Positions 11,655 through 24,598 of a stretch of DNA of 64,000 nt are shown here, piece by piece. Origin of the DNA: Trypanosoma brucei (Eukaryota); the NCBI GenBank assembly GCA_000002445.1, contig CM000207.1, positions 2,432,001 through 2,496,000 on the forward strand, read 5' to 3'. The stretch's first letter is position 1; every line of letters begins with the position of its first letter. The notes below the pieces were generated by a model. That model did no database searches, was not told the origin of the DNA, and saw nothing but the letters and a program-made list of their open reading frames with translations. A program made the translations under genes and the position numbers.

Positions 11655-14600
11655 ACGAAAAGCTCCAACACAAGGTAGAGAAAAAAAGAGGATATGGAAT
11701 TTGTTGTGTTTGCGGCACCTCAATATTCCACACGGAGGGAGATGGTGTGACTTTCAAAACTTGTACAGGAGACATGTGATGCGTCAGAGCAATCGTCAAC
11801 TCCAGTAGAGTCATCCTGGAAACCGCAACGAGAGAGGGAGATGTTGGGAGGGTTTATGCTTCGTGATACTGGTAATGCGTATTGTTGAGAACCTTTTCAT
11901 ACCAAAAGGAACACTACGAAAATTGAAAGCATTTTCTAATGATGGGAAAGCACATAGAGGCTATAAACAACTAAAATGTACCAACCGTACTGAGTGGGTG
12001 GTGTGAAAATAAAAAAGTATATGTTGTAGAGAATGTCGATACCGGAAGGCTACAAGAATGGAAGGAATAATAAATACAGAAAAAGAGACGCCATACTTTT
12101 CACTGAGCTATCTACAGGACATGGAAGGGATATTTCCAATGAGGAAGTTGGGAAGGTTTCAAACAAAAAAGGAGAAAACATATGAGTGATAATGTTAATG
12201 TAAGTAACGGAAGGAAGTGTTGCTTTGGAAAAAGACAGACAAATAACTGAAAGAGGGTTGACTGGAGAAAATGATGCCAGGTGAAACACATAAAAAAATG
12301 AGTTCGGGAAGCATGGATATTTCGAACTTGGAACATAAAGACAAAAGAGCAGGAAAAGTTGTGGGAAATGGCATGTTATATATTTGCATCGTAGTCGCAA
12401 AAAACTGTTTGTTGTGTTGAATGAGTGGAGAAACTGAGGCACTCACGGCCGCTGAATAAGAAAATGGAGAAGGAAAGCCATGGAAAGTAATGAGGGGATA
12501 TCTTGAAAGCCGCGCACACAGACACACACACGTGATAGCGGGGTGTGGAAAAGCAAGGAGTGGAACGAAAGCCTTCATCGCTATTATGGCTAAGAAATAC
12601 GACACCACCAGAATGCACTGCAGTGTTTAAAGGCAAACGAATTATTAAAGGGATCAGTATTATTGGCTGAAATACCTGTGGTATTAACTTTTGCGGTGCT
12701 TGAAGTGATGGCATGAAAAAGATTAGAAACCTCTCTTTGTTGTTAGGTCGGATGCATGGAAAAAAGAGAGTGCGTGGCTGCTCTAAGAATGTAACGTGCA
12801 AACTACAAGGCAGTAATAAAAGACCCCAAAGCAATTCCATGGCCAAAAGGACTTGATGGCGCCGTGGTTCAGACGAGAAATATCACACTACAGAATCCGA
12901 CATTGCATGGGACGCAACTGCGTATCAACGCGGCAGTGATATAAGCTATCAAAACAAAAAATTATGCAATCACGGAGGTTTTTCATGCAGCAGCGTTGTC
13001 TACTATGGAAAATGCAGTAACCACTGAAAAGGAGGAAACATGCTTCAAGGAGCAAAAAGTAGCAGTGATTGCTGTAACAACAAGATTGTGAGTGGAAATA
13101 AAACAAACAGGAAGCTAAACTACGACCCAAGGATATTTAGAGTAGTATCGACACTGCCAAAGCATCACTAATGAATGCATATTTACCGAATGCGAATATA
13201 TATGTATATGTGAATATATACGTACATCAATATTCTACAAAAATAGTGCTTTGCAGCGTGTGAGACTTTCAAAACATTTTTTGTGGAACACTTAAGCATA
13301 ATTGTGATTAATGGAAAATTGATCTATGGATACCTTCTTTTTGCTACATGTATTTTGAATATGTTTCGGAAGAAAATGGTAATATCTCTGAGGTAAAATC
13401 TGGAACAATATAAAAGTGCTGGAGAAAATTTCTGGGTTTTACAGCAGCAATATCATGAACTACAACAGTGGTTATAAGATCTGTAAGACGGAAGTACATG
13501 TTTGTGCCATTGTACGATTTTCTTGATATATGCATTGAAGTGATTTGAATGAATAGAGGTGCAAGTCTCATGGAACATGCTCTTCATTCAACCAAGGCTT
13601 TTTAGGAATATGCAGCAAAAGTCGAAAAATGACTGACTTGACAACCAAAATGGCTTCCCTATTCTATTAGTGAAAATTCGAATGAAACAGCACATAATGG
13701 AACTACATGAAAATTCAAAGGAAATGTGATATCAAATTCCTAACCCGCTGTATCAAAATTCTCACACACCTTTCATAAAGGTATTTTAACATACATGTTT
13801 GAATTGAAAACACTCGACAAAATAATTTATGTGATATGCATATGAAATGTGTGATGAATTCTGCCCAATCGTGCTAATATCGCTATTATTGTTAAACCTC
13901 ACCTTACCATTTGTTTCAGCAAAGGCAAGAAGGAAATACTAAATGATGAAATACTGTTAAACGGTGAGGGTACAGAGGAATATCTTTTCCGGAACAGAGA
14001 GTAACTATCTGAGAGGAGTTTAATGAACCGTGTACAATGATAGTGTCAGCACACCAAGTCTTGGAACAGCATAAGCAGGCTAGGATAACAAAAGGGGAAG
14101 AAGTGACATCTGGTGCTATACAGTAACTAGCTTCAGAGGCAAAAGGAAAAGCTGCTCAATCCTATTGAAGCAATGTGACCTGCTTTCCCCTAGTCCTATT
14201 CCTGTTGCTGCGGTGCATAATATTTTGACAGCAATGTGATGCAGCACTCAGCCATTAACACTCTAGCCATAAATGTAGTATCTAATATGTGAATGGTAAC
14301 CCATGGCGATACATTCCATATGGAACAATATCACATTGTTAAATATGCGCATGGAATTAAAACTATAGCACTAAATTGAAAATGAAAAATTAGAAAAGAA
14401 AAAGATATGAATTATCAAGAGAAGCATATTCTTCACTGACATTCATTTATTTTAATATAATCATAGTTTGATGTTATATTAAATAATAAAGAGCCCAATA
14501 TACTGTATAGCAGAATGGCAACAATTTCACTATAGCACCTGTAAATAAGAATATGTAATAAAATAAATGATAAAAAAATAAATCAAAATACAGCAAGCAC

Positions 14601-15586
14601 TGCACACTATATTCTTCTTTCATAACCATGTGGCAGCATATGAATAGCTTTGCTCATTGGGAAAAAAAACTAATAAAGTGGAACTTCACTCTGTTTCTGC
14701 CAAAACTGGTTAGTCAGCTGCATGTGGGAGTCAAAAAATTGAAAGTTTATTTTAAACAAATATAAAGGAAAGAGAAACTTAGGAAGAAGCCATGAGGGTA
14801 TCTGTGAGTTATGTGCTATTATGAAATAGAGTTAACTTCACAACCTTCAAGAAAGAGAGAATTTAATAATAAAAGTAAAATTCCAACGAAAATAAACTAA
14901 ATGAATATAACATACTTGTGCTGAAGCCTAACGTTCCAAATGTGAATGTAACAAACTGTCACTTAAAATGTAATGTTATCAATGCCTTCCTCTCCAAATG
15001 AAAGCTGCCACATCTCAATGTGTTCTTTCAAATTAATGTAACGGAACCAGATATGTTTGTATAATATTCTACAATGTCATTTGGCATTGTCCGATGCTCA
15101 CTAAAAAAAAAACTTATTCGTTTTGTTGCGATGTAGCTGTTGTCAGTGTTGTGCTCTTTTTCTTTTTCTTTTATTATTTTTTAACATACCGCTCCGCACT
15201 TCCGTAATCCCTTCAATATTCCTGTAGTTCCCATCATAAAAGATACAAAAGAAATCCATCAAAATAAAGTAACTGGAGTCCAAGATGTTGTAGAGCGCAA
15301 TGTATTTATTTTGAGTAATGGAATCCTGTGACATCAGAGACAATCATCTGCAATGAGTAAACTGAAACGTTCATTGACTTATGCCACTAAAGTAATAATT
15401 AAATTGTCAAATACACATTCCCATCGTGTAGTAAGTAATTCAAACAATTCTGTGACCACATGAAATACTTGAAGAAAAAGGAAACGCATACAATGCATAA
15501 GCCATTAGTAAAGTATAAATACAGTTTTTGGTATCGAGTCCATCATATGTTACAAAGCCGCATGTCACTAACACGCAAAAGCACAA

Positions 15587-17359
15587 TTAATTCATCATCA
15601 TATTTCTAATCATCACCGATAGAGCTTGGCAACTGTACGATTCGATAACTCCAGCATTTCCATTCACTCTTATAACCTTTACCAACTTGTCCGTAACTTC
15701 ATTGTTTTGCCAGACACCAATATCTCCAATAATATCACTATAGGAATATTCACCCGACTTCTTCATAGTTTCCAACGCATCATGCACACTTTTCAGGCGC
15801 CATTCATAACAGCCTAAACCAAATATATAACGAGGCAGAGGCCCAATTGAATTAATACGTCCCTCCACTATTCTCCACTCATCTTCCATTTCCTTCCTCA
15901 ATTCGTATCTTCTTTTGTTGAATACCTTTTCCCTTGCATGTATTGACAGTTTTTTCCATGCCATAAATGCCTTGATGTCACACACATCATCGCAGTTCAT
16001 AATAATTTGGCGGCCTCCAGTATTTGTAGTCCACTCATCAAAATGGCCACTATTCGGGGAGGTGAGGAGAGTAACACCCCAAATATCAGAGGGCAGTTGA
16101 GTGTATAATAATTTTTGCATCATCCCACTTATGTCTATAATGATGTGCCCTCTTTTTTCATATTTCATATTATTTATTATCCGGACAGCAACTCCCGAGT
16201 CTTCGTACCGCACAACCCTCCCTCTTTCATCATCCTTTCTGTTGTATATCAGGAAGGAAACTTCTCCCAAGAAATATGCAACAACATCAAGCATTCCTTC
16301 ATTGAAGTGAAACAGTGAATAAAATAAAAATGATCCAAGGCCACACGATTTTCCAATACCGTGAGTACCAATAACAACATGTATCGGTGGCCTCACAACT
16401 GACCTGTCCACCCACCATGCTTTCAGCACTTGTTGGATTATATACCACACACGCATGATTTCGCGACGGATATATACATGCTGGGAAACTGCCTTGCACT
16501 TCTCACTGTAACCCAATACAAACCTGTTGTGTGGCCAACCTCTCTCCGATGTAAGAACAATAATTTCCAAACCATTGGGTCTTTCCTCCATTTCCGAATC
16601 AACATTCGCAGGTTCAGGAGTTACATCCACCTCTTCTTCGGTCCATATGCGCCGCGGTCTTCCACCGAATACCTTCATGCCAAGTGGCTCTTCATCATAA
16701 CCCGACACCACATAACTCCACGTCGCATTGCAAATGGAATCATACACTCCTTCAAGGTTTACAGCACCACCAGCTGTTTGAGCAGCTCGCTTTTCCGCTC
16801 TCTTGGCGGCCGTCACCGCAGCATCCAACCTTCCCCTCGCCATGGGACCAACAAATTCTCTTATTTCCCCTCTTCCCTTCTCCTCCCACTGCCTGAGGTA
16901 GTAAATTTCTTTTTCATCAAGATACCTTGCTTTCCCATTCATTTCAGAGAATTGGTTATATAATTCTTTATATTCCTCAAACTCATCAGTGCCTTGTATA
17001 TCCTCAAGAATCTCAGCATCAGCAATATATCTTCTGGGATTCTTAACAAAAATGGGCATCCTAACATTTTCTGCTTCAGCCACCGCAAAAGTCCCGCCAA
17101 CGAACTCCTGAATAAAGTCGTTCACCGTCATTTTACGCAGAACCGCATAATCTTCCAGCAACACATCTTCAACTTCACTGTTCATCGTCCAGTTGGGCCC
17201 CTCTTCAGTTCTCTGCCGTATTTGTGGAGGCTGAGCAGCAGGAGGAGGCGGCGGTACATTTTCATCCCGTGGTCTCCTCATGGCCACTTCAACGTTACCC
17301 GCCATTTGTTGGTTTGCATTATTTCTTTGTGGAGGTGCAGGTCTGTTTGCCCTTGGCAT
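15587..17359 (-). CDS. RHS: Retrotransposon hot spot (RHS) protein, C-terminally truncated (590 aa; probable pseudogene or partial gene)
   Basis: ATG start confirmed (cat at 17357-17359 on plus). RHS-family hallmarks are present: the N-terminal ...NWTMNSEVEDVLLE...MTVNDFIQEFVGG block, LEGVYDSICNATWSYVV, IIVLTSERGWPH, the P-loop VVIGTHGIGKS, IIMNCDDVCDIKAF, GPLPRYIF and KLVKVIRV. Full-length RHS proteins are about 700-900 aa, so about 250 aa of the C-terminus are missing. Confidence 0.7.
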   Translation of the reverse strand: MPRANRPAPPQRNNANQQMAGNVEVAMRRPRDENVPPPPPAAQPPQIRQRTEEGPNWTMNSEVEDVLLEDYAVLRKMTVNDFIQEFVGGTFAVAEAENVRMPIFVKNPRRYIADAEILEDIQGTDEFEEYKELYNQFSEMNGKARYLDEKEIYYLRQWEEKGRGEIREFVGPMARGRLDAAVTAAKRAEKRAAQTAGGAVNLEGVYDSICNATWSYVVSGYDEEPLGMKVFGGRPRRIWTEEEVDVTPEPANVDSEMEERPNGLEIIVLTSERGWPHNRFVLGYSEKCKAVSQHVYIRREIMRVWYIIQQVLKAWWVDRSVVRPPIHVVIGTHGIGKSCGLGSFLFYSLFHFNEGMLDVVAYFLGEVSFLIYNRKDDERGRVVRYEDSGVAVRIINNMKYEKRGHIIIDISGMMQKLLYTQLPSDIWGVTLLTSPNSGHFDEWTTNTGGRQIIMNCDDVCDIKAFMAWKKLSIHAREKVFNKRRYELRKEMEDEWRIVEGRINSIGPLPRYIFGLGCYEWRLKSVHDALETMKKSGEYSYSDIIGDIGVWQNNEVTDKLVKVIRVNGNAGVIESYSCQALSVMIRNMMMN

Positions 17360-20300
17360 AACTCTTTTATTAACGCAACTTAGCTTCCCTTTCTTTTCTC
17401 AGAATATATATAACTGAAGTAAAATAAACAATGGGGGAAGCGATAGTGTGTGAATAGAGTAATATAATATTTTAAAAAAAAATCAGGCAACCCAATTTTT
17501 ATTCATTCTTGGTTCTATAGTACGACATTATACCGTATCTGGTATTGAGGGGAACAATTCCCAAATACAGTTACTGTATAAATACCTCCCTTGCCTCATT
17601 ATCATGTATTAAATATAAAAATAATGAATTTCATACATCACCAGTTCCAACTGCAGCTAGAGTGCAAAAAACAAAAACATCCTCGAACATCTGCCAATCC
17701 AAAACAGATAAAAGAATAAAAGCAAAAATCAATGGGCAATGATAATAAAGAGGAAAGCTGACAAAAGCTCATCGCAACACAAACAAACATACAAAAACCG
17801 TTCCACTAATTTCCACTCTTGTTGATCCGCGACCACAGGTTCTATTGACTAAAGGTTATCCATTCAAACACAAATATAGTTCCCAAAGTGCTTCACTCCT
17901 GAGTCCCACTTGCAATTAAGAACTTCTTTCCCGAATTGAGGAATTATAAAACCATCCCCACCATCCTTGCATGGAAGCATCCGTTACCATCATGGCCACA
18001 GTTGCTGCAACTCGCTACTTGCTCACTGGTGTTTTCTTTACCAAACTGCACATCCATTTTTGTGTCAGCTGTAACGCATATGTGTCTGTGTGTGTGTGGT
18101 GGCATGGTTAAATTATTGGGTCGCATCAGGACCATATTGTGTCATTACAAATATCATGCTACCATTTGAAAAAATAAGTAGCAGTAGAATTAAGGAGAAA
18201 GCTATTGTTTTCTCCTCACTGCTGCCACGTACATCATGCGTGATACAACAACTTCCATTTATTCTATGGTAGTTTTTCATATAGCAAGGGATACTCGGAA
18301 TTGTTGTATCACTTTCGTTGTCCCAGCAATGATTGTGCCCCACATTTCTTCATGTTCGTAACTATTTTGTTTCCACGACATTTAACCACGTCATGTGCCT
18401 CACACTGATACATATGTTGCATATCCATGTTTGAGTCCTCAATATTTCAGGGGTCGCCTGCTGCATCCTCACGACATCGGCGTCTTCTGAAAAGATCCTC
18501 GTGATGGTGTGTAAAATTATGGGATTCTCTTTTATTAACTGATGGGGAGTCGATTCAAATTCAATAGTTCCCCATTTTAGTTAAGGCATCGGAACCCTGC
18601 CCGAATATTCTCAGGTAACTTCACTTGGGAGAGGAACGACTTTAGATCAAACAATTCCACCGACTGGTCATGGAGAGTATTTAAATACTGGGAAAAGTGA
18701 CACAATGGGAGATATGCCTCATAATCATCCCTGCTCTTTTTAGCCTTTGGTCATGCAATAAATCAACGCCTTCTTCCAAATCTGTTTTTCCTCCATCACA
18801 AAGAATGGCGCACAACCCATCCTGTCATATCTCTCTCTGAAACTGGGCCAATGATACGCGATTGCTTCATTATTTGGGCATCCTTTTTTCTACAATGCGC
18901 AATTTCAGATTCCCTGTTTGATACTTTCTTTCTTTCTCTCTTTCCACATCATCTGTGCTATTCATAATGCTCCAAACCTCATCAAATCGTTCACTCGCTG
19001 CTTGCATCATCCTCTGTCGTATCCACGGAAGGGAAATCATTCCCACATTCATTCCCTATTGGAGAGGCGAAGTCTTTTCTTTTCCTCCTCATCCCGTGAT
19101 GTCACCTTCGTTTTCCCTTGTGAGTGTCAAGGAATGCTGTGCCATCGATAATTTGGAAAGGTATTCCCTGTTATAAATCTCGTCTTCCCTCACATCGAAG
19201 CCGCCCATTCCTTCCAATTGTATCTTACATCAAAAACATTTAAAAAACCGACTTTCTGACGGCAGCTGTCACACATTTGAAATACCGCACTGTGCTTTGT
19301 GGAAGTTCCATTGTGTAGATGTGCTTTCCCAATTGTATTAATAATATGTTGTCAATGTCGTGTTCAATTGCAACTGCTGCCGCTGCGTGTGTCAGCAGTG
19401 CTTTCCTCTTTATGGAATGTTCTATCGTTACGTATGGTAGTTTCAGTATGGTGTCATTTTCCCCTTTGTGGTAATGGCTATGAACTTCTTCCCCTTTCCT
19501 CCCGAGGTTCCTCCCTATGACTTTTTTCACACTGGCAATGTCCTTTTCCCAGTTGATATTTACGCATCGTGTGACTCTGTGGGTATCGCTTTTGAATTTC
19601 TTTGGAAGGTTCCCTCCCTCCAATCCACTGTTGAAGCTTTCTTGCCGTGTGAATGTGGCATAACATTTTTCCTCTTTTTTTATTTGGGAGCTGTGTGATT
19701 TCTTTTTGCCACCAGATGGCTGGATGCAATTCATTCCATTGATATTGCAACTGGATACCACTCTGGACGGAACTTCCTGCAAGATATTATCGAATCCCCA
19801 TTACAACATGTGTTGTGTTTGTTTGATGGGTTCACCTGTTACCGTATTGTAAAGACGGACCCCAAAACAATTTTCGCGTATACGTGTGTGCACGTGTGTC
19901 CAATAGAAATGATGGAAGAGCTCTCCTGTACTAAAATGGCGTTGCTCTTTACGAGTTGCAAACTTACAACAACAAATAAAAGTGCAATTGCATCCTATGC
20001 TGACATTCGGTAATGATTTTCCGCCAATGCATAAAAAACACCACATGATGAATTCCCTATTGCTCACATGTTTTAGTCCTCAGTCACATTCACTTTGCTA
20101 TTCCGTTGGCTCCTGAAACTAATGTCATGATGTACGTGTGGTTTTGAGTTGGAACTCGAATAACAGTAATAATAATAATAATAATAACTCCTTTCACCAA
20201 TGAGTTTACTATCGGTTGTAAAAGTGCTCTTGGTGTCACTCCATTATTCTTTTTTGAGTCCCCAGCTGTTGAATGACTGTAGAATTCATTATTATTACTT

Positions 20301-20500
20301 TTTTTTTTTTAAAGGTTAATGCACCGTTTTATTCTCCACCCTTTTCAGGTGAACTTCCTCCTGTACGGTTTATACTTTCCCCTTGTAAAATGTTTCTCAA
20401 GGCGTTTCCTCTGCGAAGCTTTGGCTATTGCTATTTTTAAAGGCATCTAAACTCACTGCTTCCGTGGTATGTTGTCGTATTATATATTATATATTATATA

Positions 20501-20537
<37 letters not shown>

Positions 20538-21910
20538 AAATATATATTTTTTTGTTATTGTTATTGTTAGTGTTGTTCTCTTCTCTTTCTGTTGGTGCAA
20601 ATTCATTTATTCGACAAGTTGTACTGCAATGCCTTACTCACTCCACCACACGTGTAAGACATCGTGTCTGTTCACTTTTATAAAAACTCAACAACGGCAG
20701 AAAAAAAAAGAAAAGAAAAGAAAAAAAAATTCACTTGATGTGTTTTTCTTTTTTCTTTTTTTTTCTTTACTTCGTGCACCCACGCCCTTTTTACACATAA
20801 GTTTCGGAAACTCAATTATTTCTCTGCCAAATGTTCATTTTTTTTTTATTTTATTTTATTTTTTTTAAATTCCTTTAGTGATGTGGGTATACTGAAAAGT
20901 GGGAATATTTGGCACTTAAAAACTTATACACCTTCCTTATTGTATATAATAACTTCATGGTAAAAGTAAAACAATATAGTTAAATAATAACCTCATGAGA
21001 AAACATAAGCGCAAAACATTCTAGACGCAAGCTTTTAATAAAAGTAAATATATTAAAATGAAGAAAAGGAGAGAGAGAAAGCGAGATAATAAATGGAAAT
21101 AGAGCGAGATAATAAATGGAAACTAAGCGGATGCACGGAAAAAAATTTTTTTTTAAAAAAGAAGAGAAGAGGAAAGTTATCCTCTCCATGCATAAACTTA
21201 CAAATTTGCGACTGCACAATATATATATATATATATAATAAATATAAATAAATAATAATAATAAAACACACATAAGCACGCACATATAAATATAAACATA
21301 CATGCACATGCAACGTCTATACGCCTGCTTCGCTTTTCATCAAGCTCTGATGAATTAAAACGAAGAGGAAATTTTGCAACAAAACAAAAAACAAAAAAAA
21401 CAAAAAAAAACGTGTTTCGCCCAAAGTAACACCCGCTTCGGTTGGTTGAAACGATACATTTCGTGTAGGTGTCTGTCGATCATACATTTAACGTTAATCA
21501 TTTAACGTTAATTATTTTTTTTCCTCTTTTATTTATTTTCCCCTCCTTTCCTTTTATTTCTTAAATGTTGGCCTCATGATCTTGAGAAGTGTGACAGTTA
21601 ATTCTTTGTTTGTTATTTAGGTGTTGTTTTTATTTGTGTTGTTTTGTTTTGCATAACAACACCATAAAACAGCTGCAGAATTTTCCCTTTGACCACCATG
21701 TGTTAAATAAATAAATAAACAGGAAGAGAGGGGAGGAAAAAACAACAACAACAACAAAAATTAGAAAGAACACCAGAGTGTGTGTGGAAGAAAGTTTACT
21801 CAACTTTATTATGATATAATACTAATATTAATATTAATATTTTTAAATATATAAGTAAATATAAGTGTATATATATATATATATATATATTTTTTTAATT
21901 ATATATTTAT

Positions 21911-22168
21911 TTATATATTTGTTACTTGGCGTTTTAACAGTAATGTTTCCTCTTGAGTGAAGGTGTTGAGAAGTTCTACCCGCTGTTGATATTCCTCCGC
22001 TTCAATTTGGTTTCTGAATTGCATTTCTTTGCAAAATATATCACGACGTAAATACGCGTACCGTAAAGTTTCATATCCCTCCGCTAACCGATGTAAAAGT
22101 GCGCTGTCAAAACCGAAAGAATTGTTGGAGGACCTTCGCATAACTGAATTTACACAAGAGGAATTCAT
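21911..22168 (-). CDS. Small 85-aa ORF on an island of normal sequence complexity inside the AT-rich block (hypothetical)
   Basis: Non-repetitive, balanced composition in contrast to its surroundings. The C-terminal half has a coiled-coil-like character. No recognisable family. Confidence 0.2.
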   Translation of the reverse strand: MNSSCVNSVMRRSSNNSFGFDSALLHRLAEGYETLRYAYLRRDIFCKEMQFRNQIEAEEYQQRVELLNTFTQEETLLLKRQVTNI

Positions 22169-22410
22169 TTAATACATGCGATGATTTGCCTTTGTTTATC
22201 TTTTTTCCTTTTCTTTGTGTGTACTTATCCTTCTTTGTTAATATATATATATATATATATATAAATATAAAAAAAACAAATAAAGAAAGAAGAAGTGAAT
22301 GTAAATATATAAACGTCAATATACGAAACTCACAAACAATTATAAGATGCGTGAAGTTTAAATTGAAAATCGCTAATAATGACCACCATACATATAACAC
22401 ACACACACAC

Positions 22411-22443
<33 letters not shown>

Positions 22444-23472
22444 CAAATATAAATGAACATACAAAATAAAAATAAAGCAAGTACTAATAAATAAATACAT
22501 ATAAATATGTACAAATACAGGTATACGCGCATGCATATGAAATGGTTCATTTTGTTTTACTTCACATGAGTTTTATGTTGACGCTAAAATTCACACAAAC
22601 TTGTACATATATATATATGTATATATTTATTTTTATTTTGTATGTTCATATATATGTATATATTTATTCTCCCAACGCTAATAACAGGAAACCAACCACA
22701 TGTCATTGCAACCTTCACACAATCCACTTACAAAAATAAAAAAAAAGAAAAGATCCGAATAATTTGGAATCGCAGTGACTGCATTTCCCTACAAAATTCC
22801 CCGTGTACTTCAATTATATATTAATTATATATAAAAAAGGGGAGGAAATGTTCACCTGCTGCACAAATTTTACTCCCTTATTTTCATATATTTTATTTTT
22901 TTTTGCTCAATTCCACGCCGCTTCTGTGAGTGTTCAAATAATAATAATAAAAATAATAATAATAACAATAATAATAATAATAATAATGCAAAAGGCAGCA
23001 GTACTTACTCATATATATATATACATATATAGAAATATATTGGATAAAAGAAATGAGATGGTTATGAAAACACAAAAAACAAAAAAAAAAGAGCGCTTGA
23101 ATAAAATGTTGAAAGTGGCGGATAATGTGAAGAGGAAAAGTTAAGAGATTTGACATGAAAACTTTTTTTTTAAAAAAAAAGAAAAAGAAAAGAAAAAACA
23201 AAGCGGCCGTCACAGACACGCACTTTTTTTTTCTTTCTTTTCTTCCTTCCTTTCCTTATTCATCCCTTTTTGGTTGCCGCTGTTGTTGTGTTGTGTTTTT
23301 TTTTTTCAATTTAATTCAATTTAATTTAATTTAACTTAATTCGAAAGCGATAACTTAACACCCAACGTGTTAATGTCCCGTTTGTTTGGCAGCCGTCACT
23401 GCCACAAAAAAAAAACACAAAAAAGAAAAAGAAAAACATGACTCGCACACAGGCGCTATAATATAATAATTA

Positions 23473-23508
<36 letters not shown>

Positions 23509-24598
23509 TATTATTTATTAATTTATTTATGCAAATCTGGAAGCAGTTATTACGAAGTTCATGTTAAATACATAACAGCAACAACAACAATAATAATAAT
23601 AGAGTAATAGAGTAATAGAGCTAAGAAACATATAAACTTTTTTTCTTTCCTTCTTTATTTTTTTCTTTTAAATTTTTTTTTTTTAAAATGCACCTAAAAG
23701 CAACTTTCCTCCACGTTCCTTCCATTTATATATATATATATATATTTATTTATTTATTTATTTTTATTTATTTTAACAGGAATGTTTCCGAAAAGAAAAT
23801 GAGGCCACTTTCTTTCAAATTCATTCAACTCTCTATCAAATATGACAAGACAAAATAAAAGAAAGAAAGAAGAGTATATGTAAGGACGCATTTGAATGCC
23901 GGAAATCCTTTTTTTTTCTATAAAAGAAAAAAAAATTTTTAAAAAAGCAAAAAAAAAAAAAAAAGAGTCGCCGCATGAGTGGCAAAATAATTAAAAAAAA
24001 AAAAGCAAAACTCCCTTCAGTTATTTCATCATTTTCGATTCATCGTTAAACATATTGAACGCGCATCGAAATGATTAATATCACTATTATTAATATTGTT
24101 ATTATTTTCTCTCATCTATGTCTTTTTGTTGTTTTTGCTGTTGTTTTTACTGTTTTAAAAGAGAAAAAAAAAGAAAAAAAATTATTCTCCTTTTTTCACC
24201 TTTCCCTTTCCCTTTCCCTTTCCCTTATTATTATTCTTATTCTTTTCAAATTATAAACATTTCCCCTCCTCCTCCCCCCTCCCCTTTCGCTCCTGAGAAG
24301 AGCGAACATCACCCCAGAGAATATTCATATATGCATTTTTGTTCAAATTTATAACCTTAAAAATATACTTTAAGTAAAAGACAATTCCGCAACACGCCAT
24401 GGTTATAACAACGAGGCATCAAAAAGAAGAAAAAGAAGGAAAAAAAAACACATTTACAAATAAATAAATAAATGAATAAATGAATATATATATATATATT
24501 AAACTCTCTTTTCTTTGGTTTGTGTATAGGTATATATATATATATATGTGAATGAGAAAGTGACTACCTTATGCATGACATTTCCTTAGCGGGGATGT

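Larger units (their letters stand above)
8483..14173. repeat. Direct repeat copy B, about 5.7 kb. It is separated from copy A by a 2.8 kb unique spacer at 5713-8482.
   Basis: Flanks are above 95-99 percent identical to copy A by eye. The copies differ mainly inside the N-terminal coding core of the VSG-like gene. Confidence 0.9.

Noticed and set aside
16430-16963. 177-aa plus-strand ORF, and others at 15915-16318, 16684-16896 and 16994-17383
   Set aside because: They lie antisense to, or out of frame within, the RHS coding sequence. These are shadow ORFs of a confidently assigned gene.
19240-19782. 180-aa minus-strand ORF in the 17.4-20.1 kb gap
   Set aside because: No recognisable domain and mixed composition. 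It overlaps several other frames of similar length. Kept unannotated. This gap could also hold degenerate retroelement remains, but no RT or ingi/RIME signature was recognised.
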